A DNA stretch of 64,000 bases from Cenococcum geophilum. Lineage: Eukaryota. Positions within the stretch are counted from its first letter, which is position 1. Every line of letters starts with the position of its first letter. Position numbers and translations under genes: made by a program. The notes beneath the pieces were generated by a model. It was not told where the DNA came from, did no database searches, and saw only the letters and a program-made list of their open reading frames with translations. Of the stretch, positions 23,801 to 37,641 are shown piece after piece. The stretch is taken from contig CP158635.1 in NCBI GenBank assembly GCA_050273025.1, forward strand, positions 27,900,001 through 27,964,000. Direction: 5' to 3'.

Positions 23801-26677
23801 GGCAATTAATAGGTTTATAACGGTTTGTAGAAGGGTAGGGAGTCTCTGTAAGGGGTCTGAAAAGAGGTTAGGGGTATTAAGGGAGGGTGTAGTAGGAATA
23901 GGGGTTTAAGGTTTAAAGAGGTTAAGGGTAAGAGGTTCTGTATAGGTCTATATTTACGTTTATAAACTTCCGGTAAACCGTACTAAGACTTAAATAAGTA
24001 TATAGAGTTGGTGATAAGTCCGTAATCCCCGACTTCTAACCTTTTAGTAGGTCGTACTAGGAGTCTAAACGGGTAGTCGCTGTCGTATATATCGCTTGGG
24101 GGGAGGTGTTAAGTAATTGCTAATCTGTGCGCGCTTACTAATCAGTGTTCGTACTAATTTAATAGTATAAGTAAGTTGTATCTACGGGCACGAAATACAT
24201 GTAGTATTATATGCTTGTTTAGATAGTGACTGTCGATTATATAAAGCAGACTACGTAGTCTATATACTGATGCACCTCCCCCCTAATTAGTTAGTGCTTT
24301 ATAAGTGCACCAGACGCGTAAGCGAGTGGTTAGTGCACCGAACGCGTAAGCACGCGGTTGGTATAACAGGTGCTGTAATTATACAATAACTATTAACTAG
24401 GAGGTATAGTATATATTCTTAAGTTAGAATAGGTTTACAGAATGCTTAACGCAGATATTTAGAGACCTAGAGGTAACTACTATAGTAAAAAGAAAGTTTT
24501 AAAACCTAGTATAAAGAACTTTAACAATTAAGTATATGACGTAGTTTTAAACGTTAGTAATATAGGTTAAATGGAACAATAAGGCGCTTATAGCATAGTA
24601 TAAGTAAGGACTTAAGGCAAAAGTCTAGGACGTAATTATCCTAATAGAAGATGCGGATACTCTTAGGGAATTAATTAATTAAATAATTAAGATTAATAAT
24701 AGAATCTACTAGAAAGAGTAGACTAAAAGGGGTTAGGATAGAGTTCTATAGTTATATAAGGCGCAAGGTACGCAGTAATAAAATTATAATTAGAAACTAT
24801 AGTATAGTATAGAACTAATAGACCTAAGCGGTACTAAAGAAAATAAGAAATGGAATAAACGACTGTAGAAACTTAGAGGGTAAGGGTTAAATAATTAAAG
24901 GCCTAAGGAGCAGAGGCCGAACTAGGGATCTTAGTAGTAGAAGACGTTTAGGTAAACTTTATAGCAGAAAAAATGGTTTAAAGAAGAAGCTTATATAAAT
25001 TGCGAAAAATAGGGTTATTATATTAGAGACTATAGGAGTAAATAGGGTTATTATATTAGAGACTATAGGAGTAAATAGAGTTACTATATAGTAAAAGGGA
25101 CGAGACTAGTAGACAATGTATATGTATAGAGGGATAATAACGTGCTGCGAGGAACGAAAGAATATTTAATTAAAAGTTTTACGTTTTGTTATAATAACGC
25201 ATGCCAAATTTATAAGGATGCTAAGTATGGTGTAAGCTATTAGCTATAAAAGCTAAAATTATTAGAGTTTAGAGGAACTAATAAACTAGTTTATAGATTA
25301 GATATTAAGAATAATAAATTTAATATAGGCGAAATATTTGGTAATAATAAGGTAATAAAGGCAGCTTACTAGAAGTATACGGACCTTAAAGATGTTATAA
25401 AAGAAGTAGAGAATAATTCCACTATAGAATAGGGAATATTAGTAGGAATTAAGACCCTACTAGATACGATATCTATCACTTCGCGAGACGTAAAAGAGGT
25501 AGGACGATAAACTACCTCGGCACTTAATAAAGGCAAAAGGCTATAAGCTTAAGAATCTTAGGAAGAGATAAAAGACGCTTAAGATTTCTAAGACGGGATA
25601 AGATAAGCTTAAGGACCTATAACGGACAATAACTAATAGGGCAGAGTAATAGCTTAGTTTAATAATATATAAATAAGCTTAGGACGAAGTTTCCTAAAGG
25701 CATAAGATTCTTAGGATAAAATAAGTAAGATTTAAGATTCTTAAGATAAGATAAGAATACTATATAAGCCTAGTTAGACTAAGGCTAGAGCTAAGCTTAG
25801 AAAAGAAGTAAGCTTAGGATTAAAAATCCTATAGGACTAAGATTTCTAGATATAAATAAGGACTATTAAATAGACCAAGATTAAAAAGTAAGAAGACTTT
25901 AAGGATTTACTTATAAGGTAAAAACTAAAAGAAACTATAAAGGAGTTTAGATAGAGAATCCTTATATAGTAAGAACAGAAACTAGATTAGAGAACTAGCA
26001 TACTAGGTTATACTAAGGATAGAGTACCTATATAAAGAATTACTAATAGGCTTAGGGCAGGCACGCTAAGAGCTAAGTGGCTTACTAAACTAGAAAATAA
26101 AAAGGATTTAAAAATCCTTACTAGGTTTAAGGAACGATATATAAAAGGCTGTTATAATGCAGTAATAAGAAGATACTTCCTTACGGATAAACCGTATATA
26201 CTCTAGTAGCTATACTAAAAGTGGTATAGGCAAAGGCATAATAATAAGTGGGAAGATTTCTATATATAGTTAGATGAGAAGGTTATTTAGAACTACCCTA
26301 TTACGGAAAGGGCGATAAGTTATATTAAGGGAGCCTTAATTATAACGTTAAAAGATCTAAAGGAACGATTAGAGGACTAGAGAAGTAAGAGGTGTATCTT
26401 AGTACCTTATTAGCATTTTATTAGGGTACTAAGATCCTAGAGGCCTCCTGCTAGGATTTTAATTTTCCTATTTGTTCTAGTCGTCCTAATAGGCTCCTAC
26501 TAGGATCTTTAATTTTCTTAATTATCCTATTAGGCTCCTAATAGGAAACTAGTATTTCTTAATCGTCCTAATAGGCTCCTAATAGGAAACCAGTATTTCC
26601 TAATTGTCCTATCAGGTTCCTAGCAGGATACCCCCCTAAAGCAACACCCTATATACACCCCTTAAGCTATACTACTA

Positions 26678-26960
26678 AGGCTCTACACAAGGCTTTATAT
26701 AAAGCTCTATATAAAGCTCTATATAAAGCTCTGTATAAAGCTTTATACGGGGCTCTATACAAAGCTTTATATAAAGCTCTATACGAAGCTCTAAATAAAG
26801 CTCTGCATAAAGCTTTGTATAAAGCTTCTATATAAAGCTTTATACAAAGCTCTATATAAAGCTCTACACAAAGCTCTATATAAAGCTTTACGTATAAAGG
26901 CTCTGCATAAGGCTCTACGCGAAGCTCTATATACAAAGGCTCTATATAAAGCTCTACATA
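26678..26960. repeat. 12-bp minisatellite (aagctctatata)
   Basis: Tandem units, RIP form of aagctctgcacg. Confidence 0.9.
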
Positions 26961-29900
26961 ACATACATTACTATTAGGTCCCCGCTATATTCCTAATAGC
27001 CTATATATGCCTCTACTAAGTTACCCCTTAGTAGCCACCTTATTTTTTACCCTTCCTTATATCCTCCCTACCTTAGGAGGCACTAGAACGGCAGCTAGTA
27101 GAGGACTATTACTAGAACTAGACAACCGTTGCTAGAATAAGATAACCGTCCTAGAGCTAGACGACCGTTTAAATAACTAGCCAGCAAACACTACGAATAA
27201 TTTAATTAATCGATCGAATTGAACCAAAGCTTTAATATCGGCCCGTTACCGAATCGAATTAAGGCCTCCTAGGGAGGCACCCTAGACAACTACCGTTTAA
27301 ATATATAGCTAGCAAACGGCTATAAAAAACGATTCGAATTAATTAGAGCCTTTAATTAGGCCAACTCCTCCCCTAAATTAAACTAAATACTAATATAGGC
27401 AGGCAGGCAGGTAGGCAGGCAGGTAGGTAGGTAGGTAAGTAGGTAGGTAGGTAGGTAGGTAGGTAGATAGGTAGGTAGAATAGGACTATTGCTAGAGCCA
27501 GACGATAATTGTTTAAACGACTAGCCAGCAAACACTATAATTAATTTAATTAATTAATCGAATTAAACCAGAGCCTTAATATTATCCCATTACCAAATTA
27601 AATCGAATTAAAGCCTTTTAGGGATGTTACGGACGCTTTAAGTACGATGTTATAACTACTAGGAAGGGAGTCGGAAGAAGCTAGTTAGTTAATATAAGCA
27701 CGGTCTAGTGTGGAGCCAGTAAAACTATATAACGAGGAATAGTAAGCGAGTTACATAATATGCTACGTAAGGGACGAGAGAAACAGAGGGAACTTGCGTA
27801 CCTTATATATAATGCGTACCTTACGTATAAGGAGGGTTTTCTAGGAGTACGGTTATATATTTAAAGGACCACAGTCCCTACTCTAGATAGTTCTTTCCTT
27901 ATAGTAATTCTTAGAATATAATTAGAGTTAATCTGTTAGGCAACCACTCCACTAGTTATTATTACGTTATTAACTTACTTGCAATACCTATACACCTAGC
28001 CTATTAACGAGCCTATTATAGTACTTACTACAAGGTTCCGTTATATAATTACTACCTAGTTACGGTTTCAATAAGTTAAATAATATGCCACCAAAAGCAG
28101 CCACCATAACGCCATTAACGGCGGCAACTACTTTAAGGTCTGGAGGCGACACTAGTATAGCAGATACTAACTCGCAACAACCTATAACGGTCGGATAACT
28201 ATAAAAGATAGTTAATCAGTTAATAAAGAATAATACAACACTTAAATAAAGGATTAACGGGATAGGCGCAGTAAAGGTTAAGTTACTATCAATTAAAAGA
28301 TTCTTAGAAGAAAGATTAAAGCTTAAAGGATTTCTTACATAAATACACTTTAAGGTAGCATAGGAAGGAGTAAAGCTAGCAATACCTATAGATTAAATAG
28401 CTTATGCGGGATTATTCTTATTAGGAAGAGCACTTAAGTGGTTTAAGCCTTACCTTACAGAAATATAAGTAAATGGAATAATAACTACTAATTAGGAGGT
28501 GTGGTTCATATTCTTAAGTTAGGAAGAATTTATAAAGCGACTTACATAAATATTTGGAGACCCGGAGGCAGTAACCACAGCAAAAAAAAAACTCCAAGAT
28601 ATTACGCAACGAACTTTAGCAATTAAGTATACAATATAGTTCTAAACGCTAGCTATATAAGTTAAGTGGAATAATAGGGCGCTTATAGCACAGTATAAAT
28701 AAGGACTTAAGGCTAAAGTCTAGGACGTAATTATTCTAATGGAAGATGCGGACACCCTAAGGGAATTAATAGATTAAGCAATAAAGATTAACAATAGGAT
28801 CTTCTAAAGGGAACAGGCTAAGAGAGGTTAGGATAGAGTTCTATAGTTGTATAAGGCGTAGAGTATATAACGATAAAAGCTAAGTTAGAAACTATAGTAT
28901 AGCGTAGAGCTAATAGACCTAAGCAGTACTAAAGAAGCCTATAAGAGAGGGAGTAAGAAACTATAAAAACCTAGAGGTTAAGGATCTAGTAATTATAGGA
29001 CTAAGGAGTAAAGGCCAAATTAGGGATCTTATTAGTAGAAGACGTTTAGGCGAACTCTATAGCAAAGTTAATGGTTTAAAGATAGAGCTTATATAAATTA
29101 CGGGAAATAGGGTTATTTTATGAGGGATTGCAAAGATGGTTAGAGTTACTATATAATAAAGGGAACCCGACTAGTAGAAGATATATACGTATAGAGGGAC
29201 AATAGTATACTGCAAGGAACAAAAGAATATTTAATTAGAAGTTTCGCGTTCTGTTATAATAATATATACCAAATTTATAAAGACGCTAAGTACGGTGCAA
29301 GCTATTAGCCATAAGAGCTAAAGTTAAGAGGACTTAGAGGAACTAGAGAGTTAGATAAAAAACAAGATCAACTCTATAAGCTGGATTAGGATATTATAGC
29401 AACATGCGGATAATAATTAGCGACAATAACAATGGAATTAAAGTATTAATTAATTAATAGCGATAAGGATAGTAAAGGAACTAACTAGGGGTATCTAAAC
29501 CTTAATAACGCAATAGAAGTAGAAACTAAGACCGCTATAAAGCAAGGTTTAGTAACGGGCATTATAATACCGTTAGATACGGCATCTATCGCTTTATAAG
29601 ACGGCAGGAGTAGTATCTAAAAGAGATTAAGTAAGCAGACAACTGCTAGTGCTAGCTTACCACTTAATAAAGGCAAAAGGCCAAAAGCTTAAGATTCTTA
29701 AGACGAGATAAGAGAGATCTAAGATTCTAAAGACAGAATAAGGATAGCTTAAGGACCCATAATGGACAGAAACCGATAAAGTAGAGTAGCGGCTTAGTTT
29801 AAAGATATACAAATAAGCTCGGGACAGAATTTCCTATAGGCATTATATTTTTAAGACGAGATAGATAAGATTTAAGACTCTTAAGACAAGATAAGAACAC

Positions 29901-31594
29901 CACGGACACCTAGTTGGACTAAGGCGGGAGCTAAGCTTAAGTTAGAAGCAAGCTTAGGATTAAAGAATCTAAGGGACTAAGAATTCGGAGTATAAATAAG
30001 GACACCTATAGGCAAGAAGCAAGGAGCTTCTTTATAGATTAGAGAATCTGCGATATAGGCAGCAGTTAGGCTGGGAGACAGATATATAGACCTAGAGGAC
30101 TTACTAGTTAAACAAAGTATTTAGCCTAAAGTTCGAAAAGTTAATACACTGGTTAAAAAGTACGAGGACGTTAAGAATTTATTAGAAAGATGACGACTAT
30201 AAGAAAGTATAGAAGAATTTAGACAACGAATCTTTATATAGTAGAAGCAATCTACAGAGCTAAGAATGCCAGATTACTTTAGGAAAAAGACATCTATATA
30301 AAAGGTTACTAATAGGCTAAAGGTAGGTACACCTAGAGCTAAGTGGCTTACGAAACTAGAAGAAGAAGAGAATCTAGGGATTCTAACTAGATTCTAAGAA
30401 CAGCACATAAAAGGCTATTATAAAGTAGTAATAAAAAGATACTTCCTTACGGACAGATCGTATACACTTAGTAAGCTATACCGAAAGTGGTTTAGATAAC
30501 AACACAATAATAAGTAAGAAGACTTTTATATATAGTTAGATAAAAAGGTTATACTAGATTAAGTAATATCTAAAAGACAGATAAGTTATATTAAAGGAGC
30601 CTTAATTATAACGTTAAAGGATCTAAAGGAACAAGCTGTAGACTAGAAAGAGATAATGCGAATATCGGTACTAGCAAATAAGATAGTAATATTCAAATCA
30701 ACGTAATAGAGGTTTAAACTTAAAAACGAAGACAAGTTAAGAGTTAACCTAAGACACCTAGCGCACCATATATTAGCATAAATTACATATATAGATAATA
30801 TATACAACATGCATAAAAACCCAAAAGAAAAAAACCGGAAATACCCTATAAGAATGTATTAGGCACCAGATAAGAAATAGTTTAGGAATGCCAAGTATAT
30901 ATATAGTTAGTATCCTACGGAAGTTCAAGAACAAGGGGACTTAACGCTTTAACTAGGAAGATTCCTTATAGAAGAATGCCTAGATAGATAATAATAGTGG
31001 GAATGTCCAGAGAATACCTATTTATAGTATATTAAAGATAAAAAGCAAACTAAGTATAAATAGAATCTAGTAGCTAACAGTTAGGAAAAGTCAAGGCCTA
31101 CGGGACTAGAGGGAGCCAATAGTAGAGCCTTAAACCCTTAAAGGAATTTAAGGACAACACCTAAATTTACAAGTTAAGTGGTAAGATTAACAGTTTAAGG
31201 CACTAATAGATAGTAGAGCAATAAGGAACTACATCTTACTAGCAGCAGTTAAAAGAATGGGGTTACTATACAGGAAAAAGGAATATCCTTACCTATTAGT
31301 AACAATTTCAGGAGATCCAATAGCCTATAGAGGAGGCATTATTAATCTTAAAACAGGACCTATTTAGATAACCATTAAAGGAAGATAAATCGAGATGTCT
31401 TTTAATATATTACCATTGGGGAATAATAAGGCAGTATTAGGAATCAGGGTTGTTTTGGATAAATCTTATCGCGATAAGGCGCAATGGATATCCTTATCGC
31501 GATAAGGATATCCATTGCATCTTATCGCGATAAGTCTTGGCATACCCCAAATAAATTTTCAGTCGCCTTCTTCTTCTTTATTATCGTATAAAAT

Positions 31595-33701
31595 ATAACT
31601 TTAGAAGTGGAATCAGAAGCTCTCGACTCTATTAATACCTCTAAATTAAAAAATACAAGAGGTCGCTTAGCTCTTTTAACATGGGAGCATACCCGTCCAC
31701 TAGGCAGTAATAAGCCCGTATAAAATAAAAAAGCCCGTCTTTTATTCTATTGTAAATACTATACAGAGTCATACGCTGTATAGTCAACTTCCAACTTCCG
31801 AAACTACTTAGCGTTAAAGCATAGCATTACGGTTAAGCCTAAAACCAGTCATACGAAAGAAGCAATATGGGATTAATTAAAAGACCTTTACCTTAAAGCG
31901 TCATCTTAAAATAAGACAGAAGAGCTAGATTTAGAAGTACTCCAAGCGGTCCTAAATAAAGAAGTTATTGATAAGGCCCTTATCACATTAATTATTATAC
32001 GAAACTTACTATTTCGGATAGTCGAGTGGCCAGAGTTCTATGTCCTTCTACAGTCGATCAATCCTAAAGTAGACGGCCATATAACTATAGCCCATTCAAC
32101 AGTCAGTAAAAAGATCCACAACTTATGGCTATCGTAAAAGGATATTGTACGAAAGAGGCTGCAGTCTATACTAACGAGTATTCATCTCTCTATCGATATC
32201 TGGACCTCTCCAAATAATCACCTTCTCCTTGCAATTTGCGGCCATTTTACAAACAGTTAGGAAAAGCTTATAAATGCTCTTCTTGGCCTTCGTATAGTAG
32301 CCTCCTATAGCGGGGACGAGCAATAGAATACTCTCCTTCCAGTACTTAAGGACTATGGGATTACGTGAAAGCTAGGTGCCGTTATATCCAATAACCATAC
32401 TATAAATAATAAGCTCTGTCGTATAATAAGCGACTGGCTTCTTTAGGAAGAAGGAATTAAATGGAATCCCGTCTACTAACGGATCCGCTATTAGGGTTAT
32501 ATTCTTAACCTTGCCGTATAGGCTTTCCTCTTTAAAAACTTAATTAGTCTTAATAACATTAAGTCGTATAAAGAAGATAAGGTAAAAGGAAAAGAGTTAG
32601 ATCCAAAAGAGGAGAAAGAGAAAAGTAATACATTTCGGAAACTTGGCGCACTTGGAAAGCTTTATAATATTACTATATACACCCGTAGCTTAGCCGGTCG
32701 TATAAGGGAGTTTAAAAGTCTTGCAGGGAGAAGAATTCCGCTTAATAATCGTATAAGATGGAATAGCTGGTATTTTATGCTTAGCGTAGCAATTAAGAAA
32801 GAGTCTGCCCTTAATACGTATACTAAGCGTAACCTTAATACGCTTAAAAAGGACTATCTTAGTCTAAAGGACTGGGAGGCGCTTCGTATAATAAAAAGTT
32901 TTCTTTAGATATTTCACCAGGCAACCCTAAAATGCCAAGGACACGAAGCAACGCTTAAGAATGTACTCTTTACAATGGATGTTATAATTAAGCACCTTAA
33001 TAAATCCTAGGTTAGTTTATCCCCCCTTTTTATTTCTTAATTTAGCTAATATTATATAATAGAGGGAGTATATATCTAATAAGGAGTTCTCTAAACGCAT
33101 TAAAAATGCTTGGAATACCTTTAATAGATATTATCATAAAACAGATAACTTGCCCCTTTACGCCGCTGCACTTATTTTTTATCTAGCCCGTTATATAAGA
33201 TATATTAAGTAGGTTTAGAAGAAGGAGTAGCGTAAGCCTGCACTTAACAGCGTTAAAGAGCTTTAGGAAAGATATCAGAATAGGAGTTCTACGCCTAGAA
33301 GTATATCGTTATACAAAAGGCTGGCTCCAGCTTAAGACCTTAACGAGTTTAATAAGATTGCTAAGGATCTTAATAGTATAATGTTTCAACTAAAAAGTTA
33401 AGACGAGTATAAGGACTTTATCTCTAAGACACCATATAAGATTTCAACAACTGCACTTCAGTGGTGGTCTTAAAAACAGCAACAAAAGCGCTGGCCACGG
33501 CTCTCGCTTATGGCAATTAAAATTCTCTCAATTTTAGCAATAAGCGATGAGCCAAAAAGAGTCTTTTTAGGAGGACGTCGTACGGTATTATGGGAGAGAA
33601 TGCAGATAGATCCTGAAACTCTTAAGAAAACAAAGTGTTTAAAGAATTGGCATCAGAGAAGAACTATAAGAGAAATAGGTAATTTTTCTCTAAGTATTTA
33701 G
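31595..33701 (+). pseudogene. hAT transposase (BED-like zinc finger, catalytic core, C-terminal dimerisation domain)
   Basis: WEHTRP...YCKY. HLSIDIWTSPNNHLLLAICGHF. RWNSWY. QWWS...WPRLSLMAIKILSILAISDEPKRVF. Probable intron ~33011-33062. Confidence 0.88.
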
Positions 33702-33727
33702 CTATATAGTTAGGGGGGAAAGGTACT

Positions 33728-33856
33728 GTAATATCCGCAATATCTACAATATCCGCAATATACGCAATATCCGCAGTATTCGCAATATCCGCAATATCTG
33801 CAATATCCGTAATATCCGCAATATCTACAATATCTGTAATATCTGCAATATCTGCC
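33728..33856. repeat. 9-bp tandem repeat (atatccgca) in the hAT 3' region
   Basis: About 14 imperfect units. Confidence 0.9.
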
Positions 33857-36800
33857 AAATTCTGCCAGGAGTCTTACCAGTTAGGGTAGAAAAGCTCCGC
33901 ACAGGCACTTTTATCCTTATCAATTGCAATATTTTATGCATTTTCTATTAGATAAAGGATATTTTATGCTCGCTTATTCACATTATCCAAAACAACCCTG
34001 TTAGGAATGCCTTAGTTATAGAAGTATAATCTAAAGATTAATTGGGTTATAGGTTAAGTTAATATTAAAAATACGCGATGCCGCAAGATATAATAATAAG
34101 CTAAGATAATATAGTACTAAGTAGGAGCGACCTACGAGGAAATAGAAAAAGGGCTAAGCCATATACTAAAAAGATACTATAAGTACAGCAAGAAACTATA
34201 GTCACTGGAAAGTAAAAAGCTGTTAGAGTATGCAGTATAGGACTATAAGATAGAATTAGAACTAGAAATAAGACTAAGGTTCTTTTTAATTTATAAGCTT
34301 ACCGAGGAAGAAAATAGAGCATTAAAAGAGTTTATTTAGGAAAACTTACGAAAGGGATATATTAGACCATTACAATTATTAGCGGGTTATCCAGTACTAT
34401 TCGTACCAAAGAAAAATGGCAAGCTAAGGCTGTGTATTAACTATAGACAGTTAAACAGCATTACTAGGAAGGATAGGTATCCTTTACCCTTAATTAGCGA
34501 AATCTAAGATAGAATAGGCAATGCGTAAATCTTTATGAAGATAAATCTAAGATAGGCGTACCATTAAATCAGAATTAAGGAAGGCGACAAATAGAAGGCA
34601 GCCTTTAGGTTAAAGGAAGGACTATATAAACCATTAGTTATATAATTCGGACTTATAAACGCACTAGCAACGTTTTAGAAGCAAATTAACAATGTATTAG
34701 GAGAACATTTAGATAAATTTGTTATAGTATATCTTAACGATATTATTATCTACTTAATAACTAAGGAAGAATATAAAGAACACGTTAAATGGGTTTTAAA
34801 GAGACTATAAGAGGAACAGATGCTAGTAGCAATTAAGAAATGTAAGTTCTTCACTAGGAAGACCAATTTTATTAGATTTATTATTAAACTAGGCTAACTT
34901 AGTATAGATCTAAAGAAGATTAAGGCTATAGTAAATTGGCAGAAACCAGAGAACGTTACATAGTTAAGATTATTTTTAGGGTTTTGTAATTACTACAGAA
35001 GGTTTATAGCGTAATAGTTAAAAGATATTAAACCATTTACGCGGTTAATAAAGAAAGAAGAACTATAGGCATAGGGAGAGGAGTAATAAGAACTATTTAA
35101 GAAAGTTAAAGAGTTATTTACCTAGGAGCCAGTTCTTAAGATCTATTAACTAGGTCTAAAGACGGTTATAGAAACAGATGCATTAGACTTTATACTAGGA
35201 GTATACTTTATATAAAAGCATCTAGACGAATAGCACCTAGTGGCATACTATAGTTAGAAGATAACACCACTAGAGTTAAACTATAACATCTACAATAAGG
35301 AGTTATTAGGTATAGTTACAGTACTAAAGAAATAGAGAGCATTCTTATAAGGCATAGAAAAACTATTTATAGTTAAAACGGATTATAAAAACCTAATAGG
35401 ATTCCTAATAATAAAGAAACTTAACTAAAGATAGGTTAAATGGGTAGAGATACTTATAGAATACTATTTTAAGATTTAGCATACTAAGGGTACAGATAAC
35501 ACGTAGGCCAACGCACTAAGTTAAAAAGCTAAACTATAAAATAATAAGAAGCCATTAGGGGCTTTACTGCAAAAAGATATAGATAGGTTAATTAGGTATA
35601 ATTATCCAAAAATTACAGCAACTTAAGAAGAATTAGAGAGAGTTTATAAGTTACTAAAAAGCTTTTAGGTATAGAGAATTCTAAAAGCATAGCTAAAAGA
35701 TCTATAGACGGATATATACAAAAACTAAGAAGTAAAGTATATCCCAAGAAGTATAGCAGAGCACTTTATAGAAAATTTCTATAAGGGATTAACTTAAGGA
35801 CATAATAGGGCCACAGGCTTAGTAATAAGACTCTAAGAGGAGTATATTATTAACGGAATCTAAAGGATAGCTAAAAAGGTCACTAAAGAATATCTAGATT
35901 GCTAGAGAAATAAACTAATAAGGTATAAGCTATATAGAGGGCTACAACCTATTAAAATACTAGAGAGACTATAGGAGGTTATATTATAGGACTTTATTAT
36001 AAAGTTGCTAAAATTAAGAGATCCTATTACCGGATAAGATTATAACGCGATCTTAATAATAGTAAATAAACTTATAAAGTGGGGGTACTTCATAGCGTGT
36101 ACAGAAGAGATATTAGCAGAAGATATCACTAGAATCTATATTAAAGAAGTATTTATAAAATATAGAGTACTAAGTAAGATTATATCGGATAGAGACCTAA
36201 GATTTATAGCAGCATTTTAGGAGGTATTCTTAGCGGAATAAGGAGTTTAAGTAGTAACTTCCACCGCATATTATCTGTAGACAGACGGTTAAACAGAAAG
36301 ATTAAATTAGACACTAGAGCAGTATCTAAGGCACTATATTAATTATGCATAGAATAATTAGGTATTATTATTACCAGTTATACAGTTTATATATAATATA
36401 ACACCATAAGAAGGAATAGGTACTTTACTATTTAAGGCGAATTATAGATATAAGCTAAGAATATTATTATTGCTACGTTAAGTAAAGAAGATAAGTAGCA
36501 CAGCTAAGTAAAGAATGGAGATACTAATAAATCTTTATAAAAACCTTACGGAAATAGCTAAGGTAGTATAGCAGAGAATAAAGAAATACTATAACGCTAA
36601 GAGATCTAAGGGACTAGATCTTAAGGAGGGAGATAAAGTATGGCTACTATATAAAAATTTTAAGAGTTAATAACTAAGTAAGAAGTTAGACTACGTTAGA
36701 CTAGGACCTTTTAAAATCACGCAAAGAATTTCACCGGTTACGTTTAAGTTAAACCTACTAGCTAAAATAAAAATCTACCCTATATAGTATATTGCAATAC

Positions 36801-36989
36801 TAGAGCCAGTATATAGGAAAGTTAAGCCACTAGTTTATAAAGCAGACATATATAGAGGACGAGAGGAAGATAAATAGTAAGTTTTAAAGATTATTAGTTA
36901 TAAGGATGTTAACAATAAAATATAGTATAAGGTTAAGTAGATAGGCTATAATAAAACTACCTAGGAACTACTAGAAAATTTAAAGAACG

Positions 36990-37641
36990 CTATAGGAAAG
37001 GTATAGGAGTATTAGAAGAGAATAGGTTAGGCAATATTAATAAGGGAAGATCGCTAAAGAATGAGTTACTTAAGGGGGACCTAAGAGGAGCAACTGCCGA
37101 ACTACTTAGAGTTATTTCCTTCGCCAATTAAAGAGAATCTGTTCTTTTATTACTAAGTTCCAGTAAACCTTATTTTATAAGTTTCTACTCCTTAAAACAA
37201 ACCTTCTTATAAACTTTTTTAAGACGGAGGAGATGAGTAGATGCAGTAATATGGGCCTTTAAAGCCTTTTGCTCTATATCCTAAGAACGTTTTAACTTAG
37301 TAAGGGCTTAAGTTAGCTTGCTATCTAGATAAGCAGCAGTAGATTAAATATAAGACCCTATAATAAATTACTTAGGGAACTTAAAGGCTATTAAGAGTTA
37401 TAGAACGCGTATACTTAGCGTTAGTAAAAGAGCGAACGTCACAGGACGAATAAATATTTGCTTTAGTGCACTCTAAGTAAAAAAAAGGTTGCTAAGATAA
37501 AGGACTCGCTAACGTAATACAGACTAACCCCTCTTTCGCATAATAAGAATATGGAGACGGCATTATTTCACCTAGCGATAGTATAGCAGCAATAGTGCGT
37601 ACACAACATTGCGTGTGTAAAGAAGAAGATGCTTTAGGTAT
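36990..37641 (-). pseudogene. Antisense two-exon ORF in element D: Zn2Cys6-like motif plus predicted helical tail
   Basis: Reads GEIMPSP(Y)SY(Y)AKEGLVCI...(Y)LECTKANIYSSCDVRS. Putative 55-nt intron 37358-37412. Confidence 0.7.

Larger units (their letters stand above)
10770..24030 (-). pseudogene. Copia gag-pol polyprotein, RIP-degraded, split at 13353-21361
   Basis: De-RIP reading gives KSRLVVQAYNDQGKDLVLTQSPTIQ, DISQAY and KPLYGVPEAGNHWF at ~11770-12090, RNase H motifs at ~10900-11200 and protease IDTGAS at ~21880. Ends approximate. Confidence 0.8.
10102..24385 (-). mobile_element. Ty1/Copia retrotransposon (GalEa-like), interrupted by Gypsy C
   Basis: LTRs 10102-10313 and 24146-24385. 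5-bp TSD ataac (10097-10101, 24386-24390). Minus-strand IN-RT-RH order. Confidence 0.9.
31445..34000 (+). mobile_element. Full-length hAT DNA transposon (2556 bp), RIP-inactivated
   Basis: TIR cagggttgttttggataa. 8-bp TSD ttaggaat (31437-31444, 34001-34008). Palindromic ttatcgcgataa subterminal repeats. Confidence 0.95.

Noticed and set aside
33664..33858. ADIADI-repeat ORF
   Set aside because: Translation of the 9-bp tandem repeat.
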